DNA of 62,152 nucleotides. Origin: a virus (taxonomy: Duplodnaviria > Caudoviricetes). Position 1 is the stretch's first letter, and every line of letters starts with the position of its first letter. Of this stretch, positions 7,654 to 16,568 are shown piece by piece. The DNA lies in the IMG/VR virus record IMGVR_UViG_3300035168_000171, positions 1 through 62,152 of that record; one strand, written 5' to 3'. The position numbers and the translations under genes were made by a program. The notes under the pieces are model-generated. The model ran no database searches, was not told the DNA's origin, and saw nothing but the letters and a program-made list of their open reading frames with translations.

Positions 7654-7752
7654 TGCGCCAAACTTACCCTCTGTACGCGAAGAGGGCTATTTCGGAATCA
7701 ATGAAATGCCACATTATCCTGGCACAAATTTCGTCGCCAACTACTATACACA

Positions 7753-10107
7753 TCACGGCCAACTACTCTCTGTAGTCGCACTCATCCTCCACCCTCGATA
7801 TCCCATCACTCTTCGACCATCCACCAAATTCACTCGGACCTTCTCCATCCCTCTCTCACGCAATGCGTACGCAAGCTTCGTCGGCCCCATCGGCTTCACC
7901 TGTTCCGCACTACACCACGCCACATACACAGTGTACATCTCATCCCAAATCGCCACGTCATCTCGACCCCCGACCTCAAGTGTCTCCGACAACCACCGTC
8001 GCACCGGATCCGACCTAAGAGCGTGCTCCTCAACCTCCACATCCGACCTTGGCGGTCGTCCCAACTTCCCACTTTCCAACATCCGCGCCAACCCCTCCCA
8101 CGCCCACCAGAGGATCGCCGCGCCGGCCCCTTCCGATTCTTCCAACCACGTCTTCACACCCGGATCCCGGCCCACCCGATCCAACGGGACCTCCATTCCG
8201 AGGAACATCATCCGCTCCAAGAGGGCAGTATCCCGCGTGTCCGGGACGTGGTTGGTGTGCACCCAGAGTTTGAACTGCCCGCGATATTCGATCGACCCTT
8301 GATACAATGCCCGGGCGACGATGGTGTCGCCACCCGTCGCCGCCTTGATCACACCCTCGTCCAACCTCGTCCCGACCTTCATCTCATTCACTGTCACCAA
8401 CCGCGCACCCCGCGCCCGGTACAGCGCCTCCTGCACATTCACGCGCGAGTTTGCCACAATTGTCTCAGCCGTCCACCCCACCGCATATTCACCGAGCGCC
8501 CGGGCGAACGGCTCTGTCACCGTGCTCTTCCCAGTATTCGCGGGGCCGTGCATCGCGAGGATCGCTTTCTCACCGTCCAGGCCGGTCAGGCAGTACCCCA
8601 TCCAACGTCGCAACCATTCGCGATCCGCTTCATCCGGGATCCGCTCCTCAACTACCCGCTCCCAGACCTCATCCCGGGCCCCCCAAACGAACGGCACCCG
8701 GGTCATCTTTGTCACCAGATCGCCGGGCCGCGAAGGTCGCAATGCACCCGATCGAAGGTCCACCAGACCGCCCGGCGTGTTCAACACCATCACATCCGCG
8801 TCAAGCTCTCGGGCTTTCACAACGAAGGCGTCCCGGGCGTAGTTGAGGCAGGCGTCACGCCCCTGTACGGTGCCAAGCCGGTTCGCACGGCGGATCAGGA
8901 TTGTGTATCCGTCCGGGCCGGCATCGGCAGCCTGTCGCACAAGCTCGTGCCCCAACTCGACGATCACGCGGTGCCGAACCAATCCCTCATCTACGACCCA
9001 ACGCTGCCCGTCCCAGGCCAGCCACCCCATCCCGGCGTTCCACAACAAGCGTCCCGCCGCAAACCCTTTCAACTCGAGGGCGTTCTCATGATCCGGGCCA
9101 ATCGCTTCCGGAGGCTCACCGAGTATCGCCGGGCCGGCAGGCGGAGGTAACGGCAGAGGTACCGCCGGTCCCTGCTCTGCAACCTCAATCAGAGCATCGG
9201 CTACCCCCGGACTCTCCGCCCAAGCCGACAGCTCACTCCCGACTTCTGACGGACGGTACTTTGCCCAAGCACCGGCCACCATCGCGAGCACATCGACCTC
9301 AGACCACGGGCCCTTGTCCGGGTCCGTCCGGAGCAGCATCATCGCGTCAATCGCCGCTCGGTCCGCAACCTGCCGGGCGTACCCGCGCCGACGAAGCGAC
9401 GCCGTGAACGCGAGCAGAGCCGACCGTTGCCCGCCAGAGCCTGTCGCACCAACACGTACGACCTCCGAGGCAAGCCACTCGTCGGGCCCCGCATTGCCAT
9501 CTTCACCGGACCAATCCGCGCCATCCTCGGGGGCATTGGGATTGGCAGCGAACGCCATCGACACCAACCACGCAGGTGCGGGTCGAAGCGCCGTACCTCC
9601 CGTTATCAGGTCATACCGGCCGGCATCACTCCAACTCCCGGGCGCTGCAACCCAACCACCCTCTGCGATCACGTCCAGGCCGGCACCGTACGCCATCCTG
9701 TGCTTCCTCAACCCAGCGCACTCCGGCGTCCACTCGAAGTAGTAGTGCCAGCCACCACCGGGGGTCGTCACCATGAACGTATCCGGCGGGAGCTCGCCGT
9801 ACTCGCTGATCATCCGTGCGAGTGTGACGTCGCCGCCGTTGCGCGGATCGATGTCCAACACCCACAACCGAGATTCCGCCCCACACACGATGCCTGGCGA
9901 GTGCCCGAAGTTGATGCCCCACCACGCTCGGACATCATCTTCCGTCTTGAATGCCGCGCCGGCCTGCCACCCCCTGATCTGCGGGACCTTCCGGCCCTCC
10001 AACAGCATCCAGGGCAGCACCTGCCACCCCAACCGAACCGACGCCACGGCAGCCTGCCCGTTCCGGTTCCTTCGGTGTTCGATGTCTCCGACGCTTACCG
10101 TTGCCAT
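7753..10107 (-). CDS. Bifunctional primase-polymerase / D5-like SF3 helicase
   Basis: Prim-Pol WVLDIDPRNGG and TPGGGWHYYF; D5_N region; P-loop GPANTGKST. Confidence 0.92.
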   Translation of the reverse strand: MATVSVGDIEHRRNRNGQAAVASVRLGWQVLPWMLLEGRKVPQIRGWQAGAAFKTEDDVRAWWGINFGHSPGIVCGAESRLWVLDIDPRNGGDVTLARMISEYGELPPDTFMVTTPGGGWHYYFEWTPECAGLRKHRMAYGAGLDVIAEGGWVAAPGSWSDAGRYDLITGGTALRPAPAWLVSMAFAANPNAPEDGADWSGEDGNAGPDEWLASEVVRVGATGSGGQRSALLAFTASLRRRGYARQVADRAAIDAMMLLRTDPDKGPWSEVDVLAMVAGAWAKYRPSEVGSELSAWAESPGVADALIEVAEQGPAVPLPLPPPAGPAILGEPPEAIGPDHENALELKGFAAGRLLWNAGMGWLAWDGQRWVVDEGLVRHRVIVELGHELVRQAADAGPDGYTILIRRANRLGTVQGRDACLNYARDAFVVKARELDADVMVLNTPGGLVDLRSGALRPSRPGDLVTKMTRVPFVWGARDEVWERVVEERIPDEADREWLRRWMGYCLTGLDGEKAILAMHGPANTGKSTVTEPFARALGEYAVGWTAETIVANSRVNVQEALYRARGARLVTVNEMKVGTRLDEGVIKAATGGDTIVARALYQGSIEYRGQFKLWVHTNHVPDTRDTALLERMMFLGMEVPLDRVGRDPGVKTWLEESEGAGAAILWWAWEGLARMLESGKLGRPPRSDVEVEEHALRSDPVRRWLSETLEVGGRDDVAIWDEMYTVYVAWCSAEQVKPMGPTKLAYALRERGMEKVRVNLVDGRRVMGYRGWRMSATTESSWP

Positions 10108-10112
10108 TCGCC

Positions 10113-10182
10113 CTCCTTATCTCATCCATCCCAGAGCGACCGGAGGGAGCGGATAAGGAGCGACACTCCCTCCGGTCCTCTG
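10113..10182 (-). promoter_or_regulatory. Structured 5' leader of the primase gene (hairpin with anti-SD loop)
   Basis: Stem GACCGGAGGGAG/CTCCCTCCGGTC plus CAGAG/CTCTG; loop CUCCUUAUC is complementary to the SD region GAUAAGGAG. Confidence 0.7.
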
Positions 10183-10281
10183 TGCCGACCTCGCCGTCGC
10201 GAGATGCCACACCGTACCACCCCGGCCGCCGGCCCGTCCAGGCCCGGCGCCAACTTCCCGCAACTAGACCACACAAATGTT

Positions 10282-10310
10282 TGGACAAGTGCCATCAAAT
10301 ATGTTACAAT
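10282..10310 (+). promoter_or_regulatory. Early promoter P4 (leaderless)
   Basis: TGGACA-N17-TACAAT-6nt-ATG (10317). Confidence 0.85.
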
Positions 10311-10316
10311 GTTCTC

Positions 10317-10484
10317 ATGACTAAGATACCGGCAACCAGCGAACAGGCACTCACCGCCCTCCGAGCAGCCGAATTCACCGAAGGTGAGATACACGAACTC
10401 ATCGGCCGCCTGTCGATCCTCGCACCTGATACACTCATCGAAGCAATTCGCCGCACCAGGACAGATCGCCCGTGGCGCCCATGA
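10317..10484 (+). CDS. Small early protein
   Basis: Leaderless ATG after P4. Confidence 0.65.
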   Translation: MTKIPATSEQALTALRAAEFTEGEIHELIGRLSILAPDTLIEAIRRTRTDRPWRP

Positions 10485-10684
10485 CTCGCTATCGCATCCG
10501 GTTCACCTGTCACGGCAGCCCCACCGGCAAGGACATCGTCCGCGAGGACATCCTCCCGGCCGACCCCGACTCCGGCCTCTCCGCTCACATGTTCTTCCTC
10601 TCCGGCGCAGAGCCCGGCGCCGTCATCACCGTCGTCCAGGGCACGTACGTCCGGACCTGGACCCTCCTGGAGATCATGTCATGA
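10481..10684 (+). CDS. Hypothetical protein
   Basis: ATGA overlap. Confidence 0.6.
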   Translation: MTRYRIRFTCHGSPTGKDIVREDILPADPDSGLSAHMFFLSGAEPGAVITVVQGTYVRTWTLLEIMS

Positions 10685-10887
10685 TCCCCTGTCGCACCTG
10701 CGGGGTCTTCAGTCCGGACTGCCAGCACCCTGAGTGCCCGGTTCGCCGAGAGCATCCGATCCCTGACTCAGCACCCGTCATCCACTTCACCCCCGAGTCC
10801 GCCGGCTTCCAACCCCAGGACGACGCGCCCCCGTCCACCATCCGTACCGTCCGCCGCGACGGCCGTTGGATCAGGCTCGAGCCGTGA
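10681..10887 (+). CDS. Cys-rich small protein
   Basis: MIPCRTCG..C.HPEC; ATGA overlap. Confidence 0.55.
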   Translation: MIPCRTCGVFSPDCQHPECPVRREHPIPDSAPVIHFTPESAGFQPQDDAPPSTIRTVRRDGRWIRLEP

Positions 10888-11075
10888 ACGATTTCCCCGA
10901 CTTCGTCGCCCACTACGGCTTCAAGCGCATCTACAAACAGGGCAGCATCGCTGTCCGTTGCATCCCTTGCGACGCCGAGTTCCCCAGGCCCGAAGGCTCG
11001 GTCATGCGCAGTCACGCCCGCAAGTGCCCGGTCGCTCCTCGTGAGTACCGCATCCCGGGGGTGTGCGACTCATGA
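10884..11075 (+). CDS. Small zinc-finger-like protein
   Basis: CIPC...H...C; GTGA overlap. Confidence 0.55.
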   Translation: MNDFPDFVAHYGFKRIYKQGSIAVRCIPCDAEFPRPEGSVMRSHARKCPVAPREYRIPGVCDS

Positions 11076-11238
11076 TCGGTGATGGACCTTTCTACAGCCG
11101 CAACACCAGGATGTGGTGTTTCTACATCGACGGGGAACCGATGACCACGGCTGGCGAGGTGCGCTATTGGCTCACTGCTGAGGATGCTCGCGACGTCGCT
11201 GAAACTGAAATCTACGGACCGCGAAGAAAGGCGAAGCA

Positions 11239-11517
11239 GTGATCGTCAACCGCGTCGTCCAGACCCACAAGGCAGCCCAGGCCGGCGCCCACCTCAGCGC
11301 TCGCGTCTCCCCGGACCGCGGCATCCGCGACACCCTCCGCAACCAGATCATCCGTAGCAACGACGCTGCACAGACCGTCGTCAACTCGACGCGCACAAGT
11401 CGCTTTCCAGACGTCTACTGTTGGTGCCAGCTCACTATCGTCCGCGGCACCTGGGACCGGATCGCCGCCGGCCTCACCGAGTCCTGCGGCGCCCCCGGCT
11501 GCGAGGAACCGACGTGA
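11239..11517 (+). CDS. Hypothetical protein
   Basis: GAAAGG RBS; CWC...CGAPGC. Confidence 0.55.
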   Translation: MIVNRVVQTHKAAQAGAHLSARVSPDRGIRDTLRNQIIRSNDAAQTVVNSTRTSRFPDVYCWCQLTIVRGTWDRIAAGLTESCGAPGCEEPT

Positions 11518-11644
11518 CGTATCGTCCCGGTACACACAACGGTCCATCGCACTGCGCGCACGGCCGCACGATGGCGCAGGACAACTGCCCCGAGTGCTGG
11601 GAGTGGCGCGGCTGGAAAGATCCGAAAGATCTTCCACAAATGAC

Positions 11645-11673
11645 TGGACAACCGCATCCGAACATGGTACAAT
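11645..11673 (+). promoter_or_regulatory. Early promoter P5
   Basis: TGGACA-N17-TACAAT; upstream AGATCTTCCACAAATG nearly identical to P2. Confidence 0.85.
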
Positions 11674-11724
11674 GATCTCAGACGGTCGGATTCCCCGCCC
11701 GCACAGAGACAAAGGACAGATCAC

Positions 11725-12645
11725 ATGACACAGACCACAGAACGTCGCCGGTTCTCCGGCACACTGAACTTCCCGGAGCCGGTCAAGCGCGGCGAGACCG
11801 CACTCCGCCGGGCCGGCATCGACTGGGAGGTCACCACGACCGACCTCAGCGAACTCACCGGCAAATCCGGCGGGGAGCGCTGGCAGGCCGCAGTCCGGAC
11901 CGACACCGACACGATGATCGGGGTCAACGGCCGCCGGCACAGCCTCATCCAGAACACCGCACTCGCTGAGCTCGGCGACACCATCGTCCAGATGAACGAC
12001 GGCTTTGCCTACGCAGGCGGCGGCTCGATGTACGACGGATCGAAGACCTTCCTGGTCCTCAGCTCGGACAAGGTCCTCCACTTCGGTGACAACGACGACA
12101 CCGGCTTCCAATCCGTCCTCCTCGTCAACGACTTCGACGGCAACTGCCCGCTGCAGGCCATCGGCTTCGTCGGCCGGATGCACTGCACCAACCAGATGAA
12201 CGGCCTCCTCCGTCGCAAGACGGGACACCGGCTCGTCAGCGTCAGTCACACACAGTCGCACACCTGGAAGATCGAAGCAGCCAAGGACACCCTCCGCGCA
12301 CTCGCTCACGAGATGGATGACCTCGAGGTGGAGATCCAGCGCCTGCTCGAGTTCGAACTCAACCGGGGCGACGCCGCCCTCCTCGCCGCCGGCCCGGCAC
12401 CCAAGGCGACCGGCGACAACGAGCGGGCGATCACCGCTCACGAGAACCGGATGACGGCCTTCCTCACCGAGTACACCCGGCCGTACAACCAACACCTCGA
12501 TGGCACAGCGCTCGGCGCGGTGATGGCAGCCCAGGGCATCGACGAGCACATCAGCCGGACCGCAGACCGCGAAACGGCTCGCCTCAACCGAATCATCGGC
12601 GCCAACTTCCCGACGATGCGGCGAGTCCTCGCCGCCGTCTCATGA
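11725..12645 (+). CDS. DUF932/DUF945 family phage-plasmid protein
   Basis: AGIDWEV, VRTDT, IQN, LLVNDFDG, R..CTNQ motifs. Confidence 0.8.
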   Translation: MTQTTERRRFSGTLNFPEPVKRGETALRRAGIDWEVTTTDLSELTGKSGGERWQAAVRTDTDTMIGVNGRRHSLIQNTALAELGDTIVQMNDGFAYAGGGSMYDGSKTFLVLSSDKVLHFGDNDDTGFQSVLLVNDFDGNCPLQAIGFVGRMHCTNQMNGLLRRKTGHRLVSVSHTQSHTWKIEAAKDTLRALAHEMDDLEVEIQRLLEFELNRGDAALLAAGPAPKATGDNERAITAHENRMTAFLTEYTRPYNQHLDGTALGAVMAAQGIDEHISRTADRETARLNRIIGANFPTMRRVLAAVS

Positions 12646-12893
12646 TGCCCAGCGCGGTACCTCCTCCGGACTCCGGTCCGGGGGAGGAGATCTTCCGGCC
12701 GTACAGTGTCGGCCTCTGTTACGCCTCGGTGTGCACCAACCTCGACGACGTCACTGCAACATGGCGACTCAACCGTGATCATCCGACAGGCGTCGGCCCG
12801 TGGAAGATCGCCGATGAGCCTTTCGTCAGCGGTCATCCGAATCCGACGCCGTGCCCTACGTCGCCCGGTCGACACATCCTGTTCTCATGCTGA
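12642..12893 (+). CDS. Hypothetical protein
   Basis: ATGA overlap. Confidence 0.65.
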   Translation: MMPSAVPPPDSGPGEEIFRPYSVGLCYASVCTNLDDVTATWRLNRDHPTGVGPWKIADEPFVSGHPNPTPCPTSPGRHILFSC

Positions 12894-13186
12894 CCGTCCT
12901 GAGCGACGTCAAGCCCTGGGAGGCCTTTGGCACCTCAGACACCAGCCCGATGGTGCGGGTATGTCTCAACATCCCCAGGGATTGGGAGCCTCCACCGGAC
13001 GCTGAGGTGCACCAGGGAGTCAGTCTGATCACGATCCACGTCCACGGTGACGACCCATCACTCGCCTTCATCCATGTACGGGGCCTCCGGGAGGACGCCG
13101 TCCGCACTAAGTGGTTGAACGTTCAGAAAGTCTGGAGCGACCCGAAGGTCCGCGATCTGATGTGGCACCCTCGCCCTCGTCGGTAA
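12887..13186 (+). CDS. Hypothetical protein
   Basis: Coupled ORF followed by a hairpin. Confidence 0.55.
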   Translation: MLTVLSDVKPWEAFGTSDTSPMVRVCLNIPRDWEPPPDAEVHQGVSLITIHVHGDDPSLAFIHVRGLREDAVRTKWLNVQKVWSDPKVRDLMWHPRPRR

Positions 13187-13192
13187 GGACGC

Positions 13193-13222
13193 CAGAAGAG
13201 TACCGTTCGCGGTACTCTTCTG
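13193..13222 (+). terminator. Terminator-like hairpin
   Basis: 13-bp stem CAGAAGAGTACCG-TTCG-CGGTACTCTTCTG, just before P6. Confidence 0.7.
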
Positions 13223-13262
13223 CCACACCTGACAGTCCCGCACAAATTTCTCGAATTTCTGC

Positions 13263-13291
13263 TGGACACCCGCACTCATTCATAGTACAAT
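13263..13291 (+). promoter_or_regulatory. Early promoter P6 (leaderless)
   Basis: TGGACA-N17-TACAAT-6nt-ATG (13298). Confidence 0.85.
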
Positions 13292-13297
13292 GATCTT

Positions 13298-14089
13298 ATG
13301 ACCAACGACCAAACACCAGACCTCAACCTCATCATCAAGATCGAGAAGTTGCTCGCCCAGAGTGAGGACCCGACTTGCAGCCCGGCAGAGCGTGAGGCCT
13401 TCCAGGCCAAAGCGTTCGAACTCATCGAGCGTCACCGCATCGATCGGGCACTCATCGGCGGACACCTCGCCGCAGACGACATCATCGTCACGGACACCGT
13501 CGGCGACTTCAACGGCATCTACGGACGGGTACGCATCGAGATCGTTGACGCCGTCGCCCGTGCCTTCGACACCAAGCTCTTCTGGACCGGCTACCAGAAC
13601 ACCCGCCGCCTGAAGGCGTACGGATTCCGGTCCGATGTCGACCAGGTGATCGCCCTCTCCAATCGGCTCCTCTCCGACGCCGACCTCCGGGTCCAATTCG
13701 TTGAGCCTCCCGAATACGTCGACATGTACAACTCGTCCGGCGGCCGCTACCGCAGCCGAGTCGGTGCCGTCCAAGCAGCGACCATCCGCGAGCGTCGCGG
13801 ATTCTACTCCGGGTATGCCGATGAGATCGCACGTCGACTTCGTGCAGCGCAGCAAGCGGCCAAGACCTCCGCTACCGAAGCGGGTGTTGATGTCACCTCT
13901 GCCGCGCTCGTCCTCGTCGACCGCAAGCGCCAGGTCAACGACCAGTTCCGCTCTCAGGTCTCCACAAGGGCCGCCAACGGCATCGATGGGGGCGGCAGTG
14001 GCGGATACAGTCGCGGGCAGGATGCCGGCCGTAACGCCGACCTCTCACACAGCAACCAGGTCGGCTCCCGGAAGGCGCTTGGACGATGA
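13298..14089 (+). CDS. DUF2786-domain protein
   Basis: KIEKLLAQSED...EREAFQAKAFELIERHRID; C-terminal G...GR.ADL. Confidence 0.85.
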   Translation: MTNDQTPDLNLIIKIEKLLAQSEDPTCSPAEREAFQAKAFELIERHRIDRALIGGHLAADDIIVTDTVGDFNGIYGRVRIEIVDAVARAFDTKLFWTGYQNTRRLKAYGFRSDVDQVIALSNRLLSDADLRVQFVEPPEYVDMYNSSGGRYRSRVGAVQAATIRERRGFYSGYADEIARRLRAAQQAAKTSATEAGVDVTSAALVLVDRKRQVNDQFRSQVSTRAANGIDGGGSGGYSRGQDAGRNADLSHSNQVGSRKALGR

Positions 14090-14256
14090 GTTGGGAGCGC
14101 ACCGAGCGCGAACTCGCCATCGACCCAGCACTCACCCCTGAGGTCAGGGTCGCCAATGCGATGCAGCCGTACTTCCACAACTTCACAGCGTCACTCATGT
14201 TCGCTGACTGGCTCGTCCTCAACTGGGACTCAGTAAAGCAGAGTGTGGAATTGTGA
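14086..14256 (+). CDS. Small protein (56 aa)
   Basis: 4-nt overlaps on both sides. Confidence 0.55.
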   Translation: MSWERTERELAIDPALTPEVRVANAMQPYFHNFTASLMFADWLVLNWDSVKQSVEL

Positions 14257-14753
14257 GCACAATCGAGGATGAGGCCGTCTACGACGCCCAACGCCTCGCC
14301 TTCGCAGGCACACCGCTCGCGGACAAATTCGATCGCCGCTCACTGATCGCCGAGACCCGAGAGATCGCCAACAATCCGTGGATCGTCCCATTCGTCGGGC
14401 AGGTGACAGTCGAAGAGGCATCTGTTCGACTCACCCAGTGGGCCGCTTACGCCAACGGACAGACGATCCGGTTCGCACCGAACATCGTCAGTCGGTACAC
14501 CGCTGTTCACGAACTCGCCCACGTCGTCGCCAAGCGTGCCCACGTCGGCGGCACCAGTCATGGTCCCGGCTTCCGCGCGATCTACGCCGAACTCGCAGCT
14601 GTCGTCTACGGCTTCCAGTACGGCCGCCTCCTTCGCGAGGCCTTCCACGAACAGGGGCTCGAGGTTGGCCCCGCCCTCCTTCCGCTACCTGCCAGCCCGA
14701 TCATCGACATCGACCGCCTCGCGGATGCTGGCAGTGAGGTACGGTGGTTGTAG
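14253..14753 (+). CDS. HExxH metallohydrolase (TIGR04338/Rv0185-like)
   Basis: VYDAQ, HELAHVV, HGPGF motifs. Confidence 0.8.
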   Translation: MSTIEDEAVYDAQRLAFAGTPLADKFDRRSLIAETREIANNPWIVPFVGQVTVEEASVRLTQWAAYANGQTIRFAPNIVSRYTAVHELAHVVAKRAHVGGTSHGPGFRAIYAELAAVVYGFQYGRLLREAFHEQGLEVGPALLPLPASPIIDIDRLADAGSEVRWL

Positions 14754-14967
14754 TGGACGACGTCCTTCGCGATGACACCGGTCGCGTCATCTGGATGCGC
14801 CGCTCGAATTGCGCCCGGCGGACCGAGTTCCCGGGCCCCGGCAGCGGACGACCCCGCGCCGAGAAGAACACCGGCATGACCCCGGCGCACTCTGTCTCGC
14901 GGACCGGCGATTGGCCAGCCCACGCGCACAACAACCCGGACTACAGCACTCCAGGAGGAAGATCACG

Positions 14968-15507
14968 ATGACGTTCATACCAGGCGCCGGAGACGGTAGC
15001 GCAGGCGGTCGTTGGTACAGCGGTGGAAGTGGAGGCGGAGGCGGAGGCGCGAGCTGGAGTGGAGCCGACTGGACTCAGCAACTGTTCAACGATGGATTAC
15101 TCACCGAAATCAAACAACCAACCAAAGACAAGGACAACGACATGAAGTACACCAACGAAGAAGCGAAGAAACTCGCCAATGAGATCCTCGCAGAGCGTCG
15201 CACCGAGGGCTTGCGGGAGCGGGTCGAGGCAGCAGTCACGCACCTGACCGAACTGTTTGCTGGCGCCGGCGATGGCAGTGTCTTCAGCTTCGCTCGGGAG
15301 TTCGATGAGAAGACGTGGCACTACGCCGCGATCAAGTCCGGCGGCAAGTGGTTCAGCACGGGCAACGTCACAGCTCTCCAGGCCGCGACCGACGACGAGT
15401 TGATCACCTGGCTGATCGGCCTCGAGATCTACGCCGAGAGCGACATGCTCGCCGTCGCGAAGACGACCCAGCCGGCCCTCATCGAGGGCACCGCCACCGA
15501 CGACTGA
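14968..15507 (+). CDS. Hypothetical protein with Gly-rich N-terminus
   Basis: GGAGG RBS; YAAIKSGGKWFSTG domain. Confidence 0.7.
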   Translation: MTFIPGAGDGSAGGRWYSGGSGGGGGGASWSGADWTQQLFNDGLLTEIKQPTKDKDNDMKYTNEEAKKLANEILAERRTEGLRERVEAAVTHLTELFAGAGDGSVFSFAREFDEKTWHYAAIKSGGKWFSTGNVTALQAATDDELITWLIGLEIYAESDMLAVAKTTQPALIEGTATDD

Positions 15508-15515
15508 AGAAACAC

Positions 15516-15544
15516 TGGACATCCTCACGAGAACATGGTACAAT
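15516..15544 (+). promoter_or_regulatory. Early promoter P7 (leaderless)
   Basis: TGGACA-N17-TACAAT-6nt-ATG (15551). Confidence 0.85.
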
Positions 15545-15550
15545 GTCATT

Positions 15551-15850
15551 ATGACCAAGACACAGACACCCATCTACGAAGTGCAAGTGCAGGAATTCAT
15601 ATCCCAGCACGCAAGCAGGCACTGTGAATTCACACTCACCGAGTGCCAAGCCGCGATCGCCTACACCGTCACGCCGATCATAGGTACTCCGCAAGCCATT
15701 GAGTACACGACCTTCGTCTGCCGGGAGCACCTCGGCGAGGTCATTGCCCTCCGCCTGGCCGGGACATACGATGTGCGCCCAGATCGACACGACGGGTGTC
15801 ACCACTCCCGCGAGCACGACCTCGACTGCGACGACGAGCGGGCCCGATGA
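15551..15850 (+). CDS. Hypothetical protein
   Basis: Leaderless start. Confidence 0.65.
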   Translation: MTKTQTPIYEVQVQEFISQHASRHCEFTLTECQAAIAYTVTPIIGTPQAIEYTTFVCREHLGEVIALRLAGTYDVRPDRHDGCHHSREHDLDCDDERAR

Positions 15851-15999
15851 TCGGCCTCTTCGTCGCCGTTGCCATGGTCATTGCGGCGTACATCGACGTC
15901 AGGCGCCTCCGTTACCAACGCATCACACGTCAGTGGATGGCAATGGACCTCCAACGCACTCGTGTCGCCGCGAAACAGCACTCCAGGAGATCGCGGTGA
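15847..15999 (+). CDS. Small membrane protein
   Basis: ATGA overlap; N-terminal hydrophobic segment. Confidence 0.55.
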   Translation: MIGLFVAVAMVIAAYIDVRRLRYQRITRQWMAMDLQRTRVAAKQHSRRSR

Positions 16000-16568
16000 T
16001 CTGCACCCCCGCCGAACGTGACCTGATCGTCGCAGGCGCAACGCAACTCGTCGCGCCGGGTGATCTGTTCCCGGCCACCGGCTGCGACACCTGCGCCGAA
16101 GACCACACGACCGACTACCACTACAGTCACGACCACGCCCAATACCACGGCGGGCGGAACGGGGCCGTCGCCCCTCAGCGTTGGGTGGACGCAACCGGGC
16201 CGTGCCCGCACCCTTACATCAACGAGGCGACCGGCAAATGCGTGTGGGACGGCAAGGACTGCATCGACGGCCGCAAGCGTGAAGCGCTAACTGTGGCGGT
16301 CGGCTACGCGCCATCAAACCTCGGTGACCCTCCTGACGCAGAACGCGAGTTGTGTGTGGTCACGTTCGCTTACGCCACCGTGGAAGTCCTGCCGGTCGTT
16401 CAGTTCACTGGCAAGCAGGAGACGCCATCCGGCCGGTATGTGCTCTTGGGGTCGCAGCCAGACGATCCAACAGTCCTCATCCCGAACGAAGTCGTCATCC
16501 CACTCAACCCGCTGCCGGTTCCGGGCCGTGATTGGGTCGTGCTACTCAACAACGTGGAGCTGACATGA
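15996..16568 (+). CDS. Hypothetical protein
   Basis: AGGAG RBS; GTGA overlap. Confidence 0.6.
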   Translation: MICTPAERDLIVAGATQLVAPGDLFPATGCDTCAEDHTTDYHYSHDHAQYHGGRNGAVAPQRWVDATGPCPHPYINEATGKCVWDGKDCIDGRKREALTVAVGYAPSNLGDPPDAERELCVVTFAYATVEVLPVVQFTGKQETPSGRYVLLGSQPDDPTVLIPNEVVIPLNPLPVPGRDWVVLLNNVELT

